Positions 39,190 to 50,499 of a DNA stretch of 64,000 bases are shown here, one piece after another. The position numbers were made by a program, and so were the translations under genes. Source of the DNA: Vicugna vicugna (taxonomy: Eukaryota); the NCBI GenBank assembly GCA_013265495.1, contig MU061579.1:4897146-4961145 (forward strand), written 5' to 3'. Position 1 is the first letter of the stretch. Each line of letters opens with the position of its first letter. The notes below the pieces were generated by a model. The model saw only the letters and a list, made by a program, of their open reading frames with translations, had not been told where the DNA came from and did no database searches.

Positions 39190-39760
39190 TTGAAGGTGGA
39201 AATGGAATGAAATCAACTGGATCCTGCTACAGTTTTCTCTGTGGGTTTAAACTTTTCTGCAGGTGCTGTACTTTTCAGCAGTTCTCCAGAGAATGAGCAT
39301 TGGTGGAAGGGAAGGTCTATCTTTTACTACGACAGTGGGAAGTCCAAAAGACTCTCCCAGCCACACCTCCACATGCACACACCACCACAGATTCAAAAGA
39401 GCTACATGCAAACCATCAACTCAATCGCTTGATCTTATTCAAGATTTTTAACTGAATGAATAATTTAAAGAAGCAGGCTCCAAGAATAATTCCATCCAGC
39501 GGAAGTACAATAGTGGCATAACCAGGATCCAGCAATGGAAGTTAGCGGGAGCTGAGGTGCCACTAGTGGAGGCAAGGCTTCCCACAAGACTGGTTCCTTA
39601 AGTGACATTTCTGTGGTTTCTCTCACCCAGAACCCCGAGGCTTTGGCTCATTTTTGTATATTTTATCCTCCTAGTTATTCTCAAACTTACCCAATAGTGT
39701 CCAAGGAATCACTAATATGCTTCAAATAACTGGAGTGAAAATCTGAGATCTGACACAAAT
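39190..39760 (+). mobile_element. Probable 3' LTR of the ERVL remnant (LTR16/LTR33-like)
   Basis: It lies directly downstream of the ERVL internal remnants and ends with ATGCTTCAAATAACTGGAGTGAAAATCTG...GACACA, like ERVL LTR 3' ends. Similarity is weak. Confidence 0.35.
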
Positions 39761-40084
39761 TTGTTGGTTAATGTGTATGTGTACAAGGCTGAAATGAATT
39801 ATCATGTTGGTAAACAATATTTACAAAAGTGAAGCTTGGCCAGAATGCTAAAATACTTAAACTGTGATTAATTTAAGAGATCACACAATGGGACGTTTTT
39901 TTTTTTGCTTGCTGAAGAAACAGCTAAAGCTTGGAAGTAATGACATTAACTTGAAATAAATAACTTACAATAACATATTAAAATTGTACCATGTAATAAG
40001 CAGACACCTTGCTAAATACTCTGAATACATAACCTCATTTAATTCTAAATTATATATCGAGGAAAGTAGTATCTTCATATAGAA

Positions 40085-42660
40085 TTTTGCTGCATTTTGG
40101 ATTATTTTTTGATTGGATATTCTTCATTGGTTTATCAGCTGTAACATTTCCTTGTGCTGTTTTGTTACATGCATTAGAATTTATGCTATTCACCTTTAAT
40201 TTGGTTATCATAGTCTCCCATAGTTTAGCACTTCACATAAAGCGTGAGAACCTTATGTTATGTAAAGTTTGAGACTTTCACTCTGTTAAGTGAGGCAGTA
40301 GTGTATTCCCATTTCCCTTCTCCGGACCTTTGTGCTATTGTTATATATTTTATATATACACGTTATCAATTCCATATTATATTCTTACTTGTACTTTTAA
40401 AAATTAATGATTTTTGAAAGGGATTTAAATATTAAGAAAAAGATCATATTTACTCATTTCTGGTGCTCTTCACTGCTTTTTGTAGATCCAGACACCATCT
40501 TTCATCATTTTCTTTCTGCCTGTAGGATTGCAGTGAACATTTCTTGCAGTGTGGAACTACAACTTACAAATTCTTTCAGTTTTGTTTGTCAGAAAAGGTC
40601 CCTGCCTCATTTTTAAAAGATAATTTCATTGGTGTAGAACTCTGGATTGACATCCTTTAAAAATCTTGACCTACTGCACTAAAATAATTTAACCTTGCTC
40701 AAAGAGAAATCTGTCTGTCAGCTCCTAGAAGGTAATCTCTAAACCCTTGAAATATCCTTCCTGGTAAGAGTGTCTTTTTTTCACTTAGGCGTTTGGGGCC
40801 ATGCCAAAGTCTAACAATGTGATTTAAGGTGGAGGCTTTGGGTCACACAGTATCAGCCTTGACCTCTGGAGGCTGTTAGCCATGTCCACATGACCAAGTA
40901 CCAACAAAATCTCTGAGCACCAAGGTGCTGAAAGCTTTTCTGTTTGGCAATAGTTTGCCTATTGTCACATATCGTTGCCTGGAAAGTTAATGCTGTCTGA
41001 AAATCTACTGGGAGAAGGCAATTGGAATTTCCAAGTGTAGAATTTTCCTGACTCTGTCTCATGAATGTCTTCATTAGCTGATTTTAATCCATATCCTTTT
41101 GTTGTAAGAAATAGTAACTGTGAGTATAACAGGTTTTAGTGAGTTTTGTGAGTCTCTGAGTAAATTATCAACTGAAGATCATCTTGGGGGCCCCACACTT
41201 AACACTGGTGTCAGAAATGAGAGCAATATTGTAGAAGGTTCCCAAACTCTACAACAGTCTTTTGGTTTGCGTTGCCTCTAATGAAAATTTGCTGTCATTC
41301 TTACCTTTTATCCTTTGCACATCATGTACCTTTTTCCTTTCAAGGTTTCCTTTTTGCTTTTAAGATTTTCTCTCTTTTGCTGGTTGTAAGCAATTCAATT
41401 GTGCATTTTTTAATCTGTATTTCTTGTGGTTGGGTTTAATTAACTTCTTTGATATACGAATTTATAGTTTCAACACATTTGGTTAATTTTTAGCCATTTT
41501 TATAAAATAAATTTTTTCTGCTCCCCCTTCTTCAAGAATTCTAATTGTATATATAATAAGCCACTTGGAGTTGTCCCACAACTAATTGATGCTCTGTTGA
41601 TTTTTTTTTAACATACTTTCTGCTCTCTGTATTTCATTTTGGATAATTTTTATTGCTGTTTATTCAAGTTCATTGGTCTTTCCTTATGCAATGTCTAATC
41701 TGCTGTTAATCTCATGCTGTATAATTTTATTTCAAATATTGTAATTTTTATCTCTAGAAATTTCACTTCAATCTTTATTATATGTTCCTACTCTCTACTT
41801 CATATGATCATTTTTTTTCATTTAGCTTCTAGAACATATACAATTCAGTTGTATAACTGTTTTAATGTCTTTATTAATGAGTTTAACCATCTCTTTCAAT
41901 TCCGAGTCAGTTTTGATTGCTTATTTTCCTCTTCCTCACAGGCCACAATTTCTACTTTCTTATATGACTAGTAATTTTTGTTCAGTGTCAGACATTGTAT
42001 TTTACCTTTAGATACACATAATACTTTTGGTTTCTTATGAAAATCCTCAAGTTTTTGCTCTGGGATTCAGCTAGTAACTTGGAACTAGTTTGATACTGTT
42101 ACTTGTTGTTTTTAAGCCTTGTTAGATGGGAAAAGATTAATGTTTCAGGTAGGATAATTTTATCCAAATCTTGAGTGAAAACAATTCTGAATAGTCTACC
42201 AGATGCCCCATTTCTTATGAGGATTTCCACCATGGCTGGCTATAATGGGAACTACTCCAGGCCCTTTATAGTACAAGGAAGAGTAATGCTGATCCTCCTG
42301 AAGACTCAAACCAGACCCAGTGAGGATTTTCAGGACATTTTCTCTGTGCCACTTTCTTTTCTTCAGTGATTTCCTCTGTAAATCCCAATAGCTCTGGACT
42401 TCCAAAAACAAAGCCTCTTCTCCTCACCTCGAGGAGGATTTTCCTAGCCTCCTCTCACTGTGCCGCAGCCTGGAAGCCCCCTCCAAGCGGTGAATTGAAA
42501 ACATCACAGTGCTCATCTCATTTTGTTCCCATTTCTCAGGGACCATTGTCTTTTGTTGCCTAATTTCCAGTATGTTTAATGCATCGTGTGTGTTTTTTAG
42601 TGGTTTGAGGCGGGAAGGTAAATCCAGTCCCTGTTATTCTGTTTTGACCAGAAGCAAAAG
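40085..42660 (-). mobile_element. Old L1 (L1M-type) 5'/ORF1 region, interrupted by an LTR at ~40675-41256
   Basis: T-rich antisense L1 motifs: AAATTCTTTCAGTTTTGTTTGTCAGAAAA...CATTTTTAAAAGATAATTTC, TTCAAGTTCATTGGTCTTTCC...GTCTAATCTGCTGTTAA, and terminal GGGAAGGTAAATCCAGTCCCTGTTATTC...GACCAGAAGCA. Confidence 0.85.
40675..41256 (+). mobile_element. ERVL-class LTR, MER21/MER77-like
   Basis: AACCTTGCTCAAAGAGA...AGGTAATCTCTAAACCCTTG...AACTGTGAGTATAACAGGTTTTAGTGAGTT...GGTGTCAGAAATGAG, ending ...CAACA. Confidence 0.8.
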
Positions 42661-42699
42661 AACCTACAATTTAACATAAACTTTTGCGTACCATTTGTA

Positions 42700-42810
42700 C
42701 ATATTTTAAGGATGAGTTACCAATAGGTTGAATAGCTTATCCAAAATTACAGCACTAGAAAGAGGCTACAAGGGTTCAAACCCAGGCTATTTGACTCTAC
42801 ATTCTTAATG
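42700..42810 (-). mobile_element. MIR fragment
   Basis: AGGTTGAATAGCTTATCCAAAATTACAGC...GGGTTCAAACCCAGGCTATTTGACTC. Confidence 0.6.
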
Positions 42811-45259
42811 TTTTGTTTCTTAATGCTTTGTTTTCAAAGACAGTACAATGAATTTCAGAGACTTTATTAAAATCAAAACTGTTGTTAAATATCATGATGT
42901 TTTTCCCTCTAGATTACATCATTTTTACACTCTAACTTTACCAGGTTTTTTTTTTAATGACATTTCAAAATAAAGAAGCTATGTGATGAAATTTGCCTCG
43001 TATTCATGGCAAGGCATAATGTGCATTCAGGATTAAAATTGTTAATTCACCTACTACAATTACTGCAGTGGAAAAGGATCTTCACTCAAGTCAGTATAAA
43101 TTAAATAACTGGGCCAGTCTATCAAATATCTACCAGTTTTTCTGTCTGATAGAGGAAATCTAGTAGCCAGGCTAACAAGCAAATATTTGGCAAGCAGTGC
43201 TTTTCTAATAATGAAACTGATAATTACACATCTTTCACACAGCTGTAATTGAATAAATCTAATTTCCTCTTTTGCTTAACTTAAATGCTAGGTTTCAAAC
43301 TGTTGTATGGACAGGAAAGCAACATTAGAGGAATTACTCTAGTGTTGCTTCCCTTCCTATACAGTGGTTTGAACTTAAGCAATAAAGTTAAATGGAAAAG
43401 GCTCCAAACTCAATTTTCAATTATAGCAAAGGCAGGGAGCCACAATTCTCCCTTTCATTACCGTGATGCTCTTCACTGCTGCCTGGGCAAAACCTCTTCA
43501 CTGTTGTTTGATGCTGTTGTGACTCAAAGTGAAGAGCACTTGAAATCAAAGATTAAAAGTAAGGGACCAAATTAAAGTGAAGTGATATGTGTGAATGCAA
43601 AAATTACATGAAAAAGAAGAAATGGTAAAGAAAAATACATTAAGAAGTGGCTCAACTTTCAGAAGTTCTATTGGGGGTGGGCTGGGTAATGGAGAAGTTT
43701 AAAAATATTTAATTAATCTTTGGTTCAAATTCTAATGTAATAATACTGTAACTTAACTATTTAACAGTTAGAAGTCTTCAAATAAGGATTGTCCATTTAA
43801 ATTAGAACATTTTCATCAATTTTTGATAAACATCTAATATTTTTTACATTATGATACTTGCAAGTAGTTTGCAAAGAATTGATTCCAAGAGCCTTTAATT
43901 AACCATTATTAGATTTTTTCTTCAGTCAATTGTTTCATTGTCCAATTCCATACATTTATAATGAGTTATTTTACTTTTTAGCCATATGCCATGTCAACGT
44001 CTTTTTTTTTTTTTGATATTTTCTTATTCTAAACTGCTAAATTACTAAGTATTTGATTACATCCCTCTGGAATTTAAAAATCAACAATGCCATCTGCAAA
44101 TCATAATTTTTTAAAGTAGCCACAGAGAAACATAAATTTTAATGATAACATTATTAAAGATCAATCTTGACTCTAGAAAACCCCTTTTCTAAGAAACCTG
44201 ACAATTAGATACCTGGCCTACTAGTATATTAAACTGAATGGAGCTAAACGGGGAGACACAGACACAGACATACACCCACATATACACACTTTAATAAGAC
44301 ATTGTAAACAAGAATCACTCAAAGCTACACAAGATTTCTTAGTACACAAACTACAAACAATTGGATTCTAAGAAGTTACAGTAGATCCTGGAGAAGAATT
44401 TATATTCAAGTCTTATGGAAAACACCAAGTGCAGATTTAGGAAAATAATAGTAATTGCGTGGTTTTTAAAAGACACACTTCTGTGATCGTATCTGTATTA
44501 TATATTTATCTATGAGAGTATATGCACATGCTTGGAACTTTATACTTACTTGCTAAAGATAATTATCCTTTTAAAATATAATGGACATAAACTACGAGGT
44601 AAATTAATTAATTGGAAGTAGAACTGGAACACAGAAATTAAGCATTTTAGACTACTAAACTAGTAGTAATCCCAGATAAATTATCTATTTATTAAAATAT
44701 TTTTAATAATTTTATTAAACAGTTTACATATATTTTGGGGTTTTAGGCAGATATCAATTGTTATGCACTTTAATAAGATGTTCAGAAATAAGTTTGCTAT
44801 TTTTCATCAGTAGTTTTAAATTAATATTTTACTTTCATTTTTATATGTAATGTAAGCAAGACTGTTTTACATGAGAATAATTAGCAATATGAGATACTTG
44901 GCTATCTTCAATAATTTCTATGAAAAATATCAAATTATTCACATTAATTTTTCCTTTCAGATTATACAATTTATTGCTTAATATTATTTATTTTACCATG
45001 AACATTAATATCTACTTTGTATTATTTGATATTGCTCATTGTTACTTAAATAATAAAAATATGCAAATAACCCATCTTAAGATCAAAAGCTTTTCATATA
45101 ACAACTTAATATTTTCAGACAAAAACTGTGGGAAAATTTGTATTAAACAAATTTCTTTCTTACTCTAAAATAGAGGATATTGAGCTGTCATCTATTAGCC
45201 ATCTAACTTAAAAATTATGGTTTTCATATAATTCAAAGTTTTTATAAACATGATCTTTC

Positions 45260-45742
45260 AAACTATTCTACTAAAGATAGCTATAATATTTTTCTTCCCA
45301 CATGTTCTTTTGCAATAGGACCTTGCCACTCACCCAACAAGAGATAAATCTGAGCAGGTCCACTGACTGCTCTGACCAATAGAATACAATGGAAATAAAA
45401 CCATGTCAGTGCTAGGAATAGCCCTTCACTATTTCTGGAACCTCTGCTGCTAATCCTTCATGCCTGGAGCTGCCGTGTACAAAGTCCAGGCTCTTCTAAC
45501 CAAAGAAGCCATGGGAAGAGACCCTGAGGAACCACACCTGTACATGAAGAAGTAATCTTGGATTATAGCCTCTGAATGACTCAATCCCAAGTTACTATGT
45601 AACTGCAGACGTCCTGGAGATCACAAATGAGAAACCAGGAGAGTCCAGAAAATACACAGAATCATGAGAGATAATAATACATTATTTTTAATAAGCTAAT
45701 TTGAGGGGGTGATGATGGCATGCAATAGTAGTTAATGAAAAT
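45260..45742 (+). mobile_element. MaLR LTR (MLT1H-like)
   Basis: AAAGATAGCTATAATATTTTTCTTCCCACATGTTCTTTTGCAATAGGACCTTGCCACTC...TGACTGCTCTGACCAATAGAATA...CACAGAATCATGAGAGATAATAA. Confidence 0.8.
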
Positions 45743-45855
45743 GGTTCATTTTTGAAACATCTAAAATAATAATAATAATAAAAAATAATAGTACATTGTG
45801 TTCCCTAAAATCTTTTGACGTCTCATAGCATGTTTCTTCACAGTATTATTAGTTT

Positions 45856-45885
45856 TGTGTGTGTGTGTGTATATATATATATATA
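45856..45885. repeat. Compound microsatellite (TG)7(TA)8
   Basis: Directly visible. Confidence 0.9.
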
Positions 45886-46384
45886 CCACATTTATATATA
45901 TATAGCACATTTCTTTTGCTAACTCACAATATTCAGAAATCTACTTTAGAGTAAGTGAGCTAAATTGATTTGCATGAAACCAAAGTCTTCTCACTTTCTG
46001 AAGATTAATCTGTTAAAATCCATAGCATTGTGAGAAACAAAAGTAAATATAAGACAAATTAAGCAACCTTCAGGTATGTTTTGTATGTATTTTTTCTTAA
46101 GCAATATTGATTTGCTATTTTTTATTAAGCCATATACTTTATGATGAGAAATGCATTCAAATAAAGCATAATATTACAGTATGAAAGTTAACACAAAACA
46201 TATTTAGAATATGAGAATTATTAAACTTTATTTTCTAAATAGTTGCACAATGCATAATTATATGGTTAATAGTCCATAACTATTCAATAATATTTCAAAT
46301 CAGTTGTCATAAAATAGCTAATTTTCTAAAATAGTATTTGTTAAGATACTTGATGATAAATTCTAGAAAAATGCTGAAGTAGAT

Positions 46385-46914
46385 GTTTATTAATTATCAA
46401 TAGCTGCATAAAAATTCTATTCCAAAACTTTGAGGTTTAAACCACAATAAGCACGTAGTGTCTCATAGTTCCTGTGGCTTAGGCATTCAGGAGCAGCTTA
46501 TCTAGGAAGCTCTGCTCAGGGTCTCTGATAAAGTTGCACTTAAATGATCAGCAGGGATAACAAACAAAATGGCGGCTAGAGGATATGCTTCCAAGATGGC
46601 TCACTGACATGACTGGCAAGTTTGTGCTGGTAAGACCTTCAGTTTTTTCCTATGTGGGTCCCCTCATGGTTTTTTGAGTATCCTCACCACAGGGTGGTGG
46701 GGCCCCAGAGAGTAAACAACTAAGTATGAGAAAAAGGACAGCAGTAAGTCCTTTTATACCCTGGCCTTGAAAGCCACTCACTAGCATTTCTGCCATCTTC
46801 TATTTACCTAGAGACACTGAGGCCAGCCCATGTTCAAGCTGAAGGAAACTCGTGTCCACATTTTAAATGGAGGAGTGTCAAAGAATTTCTGGACACACTT
46901 TAAAAACCATCACA
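46385..46914 (-). mobile_element. MaLR LTR (MLT1F-like)
   Basis: TCTCATAGTTCCTGTGGCTTAGGCATTCAGGAGCAGCTTA...GCTTCCAAGATGGCTCACTGACATGACTGGCAAG...TTTAAAAACCATCACA. Confidence 0.85.
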
Positions 46915-47359
46915 AGGGGTAACACAATTTAATGGCACTGTCACCTTCGAAGATTAATTGAAGCAAAATGCCTGACACATAATTGTGAATGAGAAACTGA
47001 AGAAGGAACAGATCTAAAAGCAACTGTAGAATTTATGTGGATTTTTTGGCTCTCTAGGGAGTTTTAATTAGAAGTAGTTCCAAAAGTCAAGTCATTTCCT
47101 ATGTAATATTAATTTAGTAACTAAAATATAAGGATTTATTAAGAAAGCATACTGCATATTTTTTATATAAACAAGGACTTGTCAAACTGATTGCCAAGTT
47201 TAACCAGTTGACTTCTCTATATTTTAACTAGATAGAGCTTATTATTATCTAGCTGGAAAGTAAATCATTTCTTAATTCAGCATTTATCTTAAAAACTTTT
47301 GACATATGTTATTCAACAAACTGGACTGAAGCATCAGTAGAGTAGAGAAGAAATCAAGT

Positions 47360-47590
47360 TGTTAAAGACCTAGACTGGTGGTAAATTTCCTAGGGTTGAA
47401 ATCCAGACTTTGTCATTTACAAAGCATTTGGCTTTGAGAGGTAGCTGAACGTCTCTGAATTCTAGTTTACTGAGCTGTATAATGGGATAAACACAGAACT
47501 TACTCCATGGGGCTGTTGTGAGGCTTAACAGTCTAAGCAGAATGCAGATACGTAGCAAGTAATCAATAAATAAAGGTAAGCTATTATAAT
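47360..47590 (+). mobile_element. MIR SINE (near full length)
   Basis: CCTAGGGTTGAAATCCAGACTTTGTCATTTAC...CTGTATAATGGGATAA...GGGCTGTTGTGAGGCTTAA...CAATAAAT. Confidence 0.85.
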
Positions 47591-49885
47591 TATTAAGAAG
47601 AATGGGTGTACTTACAGTAAGGCTACTTAATAATTTTAAGTTAGTAAAATAACCTCAAATGCAGGCTTTTTTTTTTAATGAAGCAAAGTATTCAGTTAAA
47701 GGAGAGGGACAAAAAAGGAGAAGAAAATCAAATTTCCTCTTCAATTTTCAAGGCCTGTACATTCAATTTTCCAGTGCTTTATCTGATCATCAGAAATCCA
47801 CTTAACCGACCTACATTGCAGAGATGATTTTGTAATTACGAAGAAAATCACAGGTAATGGATTGGAAAACACACTTCTTATGAATTCTTAGTGATTACCT
47901 TCACTGTTTTCTTAAATCCTAAGCAGATGAGCATCCCCATAAGACCTGTTAGTAAGTACTCATTACACTTTATAAAGGTGCTCCCATGGTGAGCTCAAGA
48001 TCAAGTAGCCTTAGATTCTCTGGTAAGAAAGAGGGGCCTCTGGAGGAGACCTATATTTCACATTTCTGAGCTGTGACTGTTTCCCACTTTATTTTATATC
48101 CACTGCTTTCCTCCCTCCTGAAGGAGAATTAAACAGCAGTTTTACTCAATGGAGCAATTAGCTCATCATTCACTTCATTATAAATGAAATGTTGACATTA
48201 AACAGGACCCCTTAACCATTATAATGACCATAACTAGCTTCTATATTGTTCTTGAAAAAGACTTCTTGTTCCCTTTAGAATCATCATTATTACTCTTATC
48301 ATTTTCTTTGGAGGAACCAGAATCAAGGTTTCCATTATAAATTCACTGGAAGTCCTGTTTTTATTATTCACTTTTTTCTTCAATTCAGTTGCCTATAGAT
48401 GGAACTCATACATAAGATTAACTCAAAATGGTAGCTTATTTTCAATACTGATACTTTTTGTTGATGCAATTTATGTCTATACTCCCTCCCTGCTCAAGTT
48501 ATGTATTTACCCTGTATCCTAGTGATTTTCTTATTTCTATGCTGGAAGAATATACACAGGAAAAGAATATATATTTTTAGTGAGGAATGGTCATATTGCT
48601 GTACTGGAATATCCTCATTTCCTTACTGGACTCTTTGTGAGCAAGCGATCTTTATATTTGTAGTGCTTTACTGAGTAGGTGAGGTGCTGAAGTGGTTGCG
48701 GAGAGTAAGGGAATTAACACCAACTGCCCATTCTTTCATTATCGGTTAGCACACATTCTATTTTATATCTTGCCCTAATTTTATCACTCTATGTTTTTTT
48801 TTTTATTACATTAAAATCTATGTACTAGAAAAATCAACTGAAGAATTTAAAATCCCTAAATTCAATGCCATTAATTCTAATAAGTTTGGTAGAATTCTGA
48901 TATTTTTGCATATTGTTTACTAATCAGATCATTGAAATGTTCTGTGGAAATGATGAAAAATGGAAAACCAGTCCTATTCTCTTATTCTTAGTCAATTTTT
49001 CTCACTTGTGTTTGAGCAGAATTTTATCTTAGCTTTTTCAAAATACTTTTAAATACTCAACAATGAAAATAGCCATTGTTCCATATTTTTCAATGTAAAT
49101 AACTATAGCAAAATTTAAAGCACAGTCTTTCTACTCAGATGAATCAGTTTTGATTGCTTCTAATTAGATCATCTTTTTGAGATATTTCTTCAAAATAGCT
49201 TAGAAAGTAATTTTTACTGTTTTTCCCCCATAGCTAATGAAAGTTTAACCTGCCTATAATTACTTGCTGCATTAAATGTCCCACTTTCTGAAAATCATGT
49301 TATGTTTGCTTGAAATTATTCGCTAGAGTATTTCTAAAAATAACCAAAGAAAATGTATTAATTTCCCTCTCATTTTTCAAAGCCTTAGGTCTCTGAGTTG
49401 CACATACAGTCATTAAATTTTAATAAATATAAACTTTTCTAACTTTGTATAGTTGTCCCTCAAGTCGTAAGTTCTCAAATAAAGAACACATCCTTCACAT
49501 AAACTAATCTTGATCAAGGTCATAAAGCTTGTTTGTCTTAAATTTCTAACAACAAAATATTCTGATTAAAGGTCCAATTATTTACCATGCTATATTTTCA
49601 GTTGCCCAACAAAACACAGACTTAAAATATTTGGTTACTCTTTCTCCTCTAAATAATAAAAGCCACAGATTACTAAAAGTAGTAGTTAGTTCAGTTTCTC
49701 CTTCTTAAAGTTTTCACTGTAGCACTGTACGTTACAAAATCCTAGAATCTGGGTTCTAAAGTTAGGCTTTCATGGAGTGAAACAAAAAATACTTATTGTA
49801 ATAAAATGAGGGCTACACTGGCTGTTAATAGCTTGCAATTACTCTCTGTTGAGTGGAATTGACCAATTTGTAGCAGAGATTATAA

Positions 49886-50275
49886 TGTAGTATAATAAGA
49901 GTTTGTCTCCGTTTGTATGTTTAACTGCTGACAGCTTTCAAGCCCCTGTTCACTCTCTCCCCTTCTTGGCCCACATCTGGGAAAGGCACAAAGATAGCCT
50001 GGATGCTTGTTCTGATTCTGGAAGGACATTCAAATCGTGTAATACCTGTAACGCTCACCACAGACTCACTCACTAACCATTTGCCCCACCTTACTCTCCA
50101 AAGCCATTTTCAGACCAGTTTGGGTATCTGCCCAACTTTTTACAGAAAACTTCATGATATGAATAATAAATCTTTAAAAGCTATTCTCAGTGCATGTGTG
50201 GCATCATCATTCTTAATACCTAAGTCAAATTGTAGGTTGAGTTTGGTTCTAATCTCTGTGGGGCATGTAGCAAAT
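49886..50275 (+). mobile_element. Solo LTR, probably ERVL class (MER74/LTR53-like; subfamily uncertain)
   Basis: CTGACAGCTTTCAAGCCCC...CCCCTTCTTGGCCCACATCTGGG...ATTCAAA..., AATAAA at ~50165, then TGTGTGGCATCATCA. Confidence 0.6.
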
Positions 50276-50499
50276 AAATTGGCTGATTTATCACATTTCT
50301 GTATCTGTCCCAGAGCTACAAAAAATCAGTAGACCCTCTCACAAGGATCACAAATTCAGATTTCTAAGGGACACTAGGTTTAGTGAAAATGTTAGGTAGA
50401 TTAGAACAAATCTGGTCATCTGAGAAACAATGTCTAAGCATTTCCACTGAATTGTCATCATTCACGTATGGAGTTTAATGTTAGATTTTATAATTTTCT

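Noticed and set aside
39555..39580. CCACTAGTGG palindrome as a CTCF site
   Set aside because: Only a partial match to the CTCF core, inside a probable decayed LTR, with nothing else to support it.
50340..50490. Possible MER102-like hAT fragment
   Set aside because: The similarity is too weak and short to call without an HMM search.
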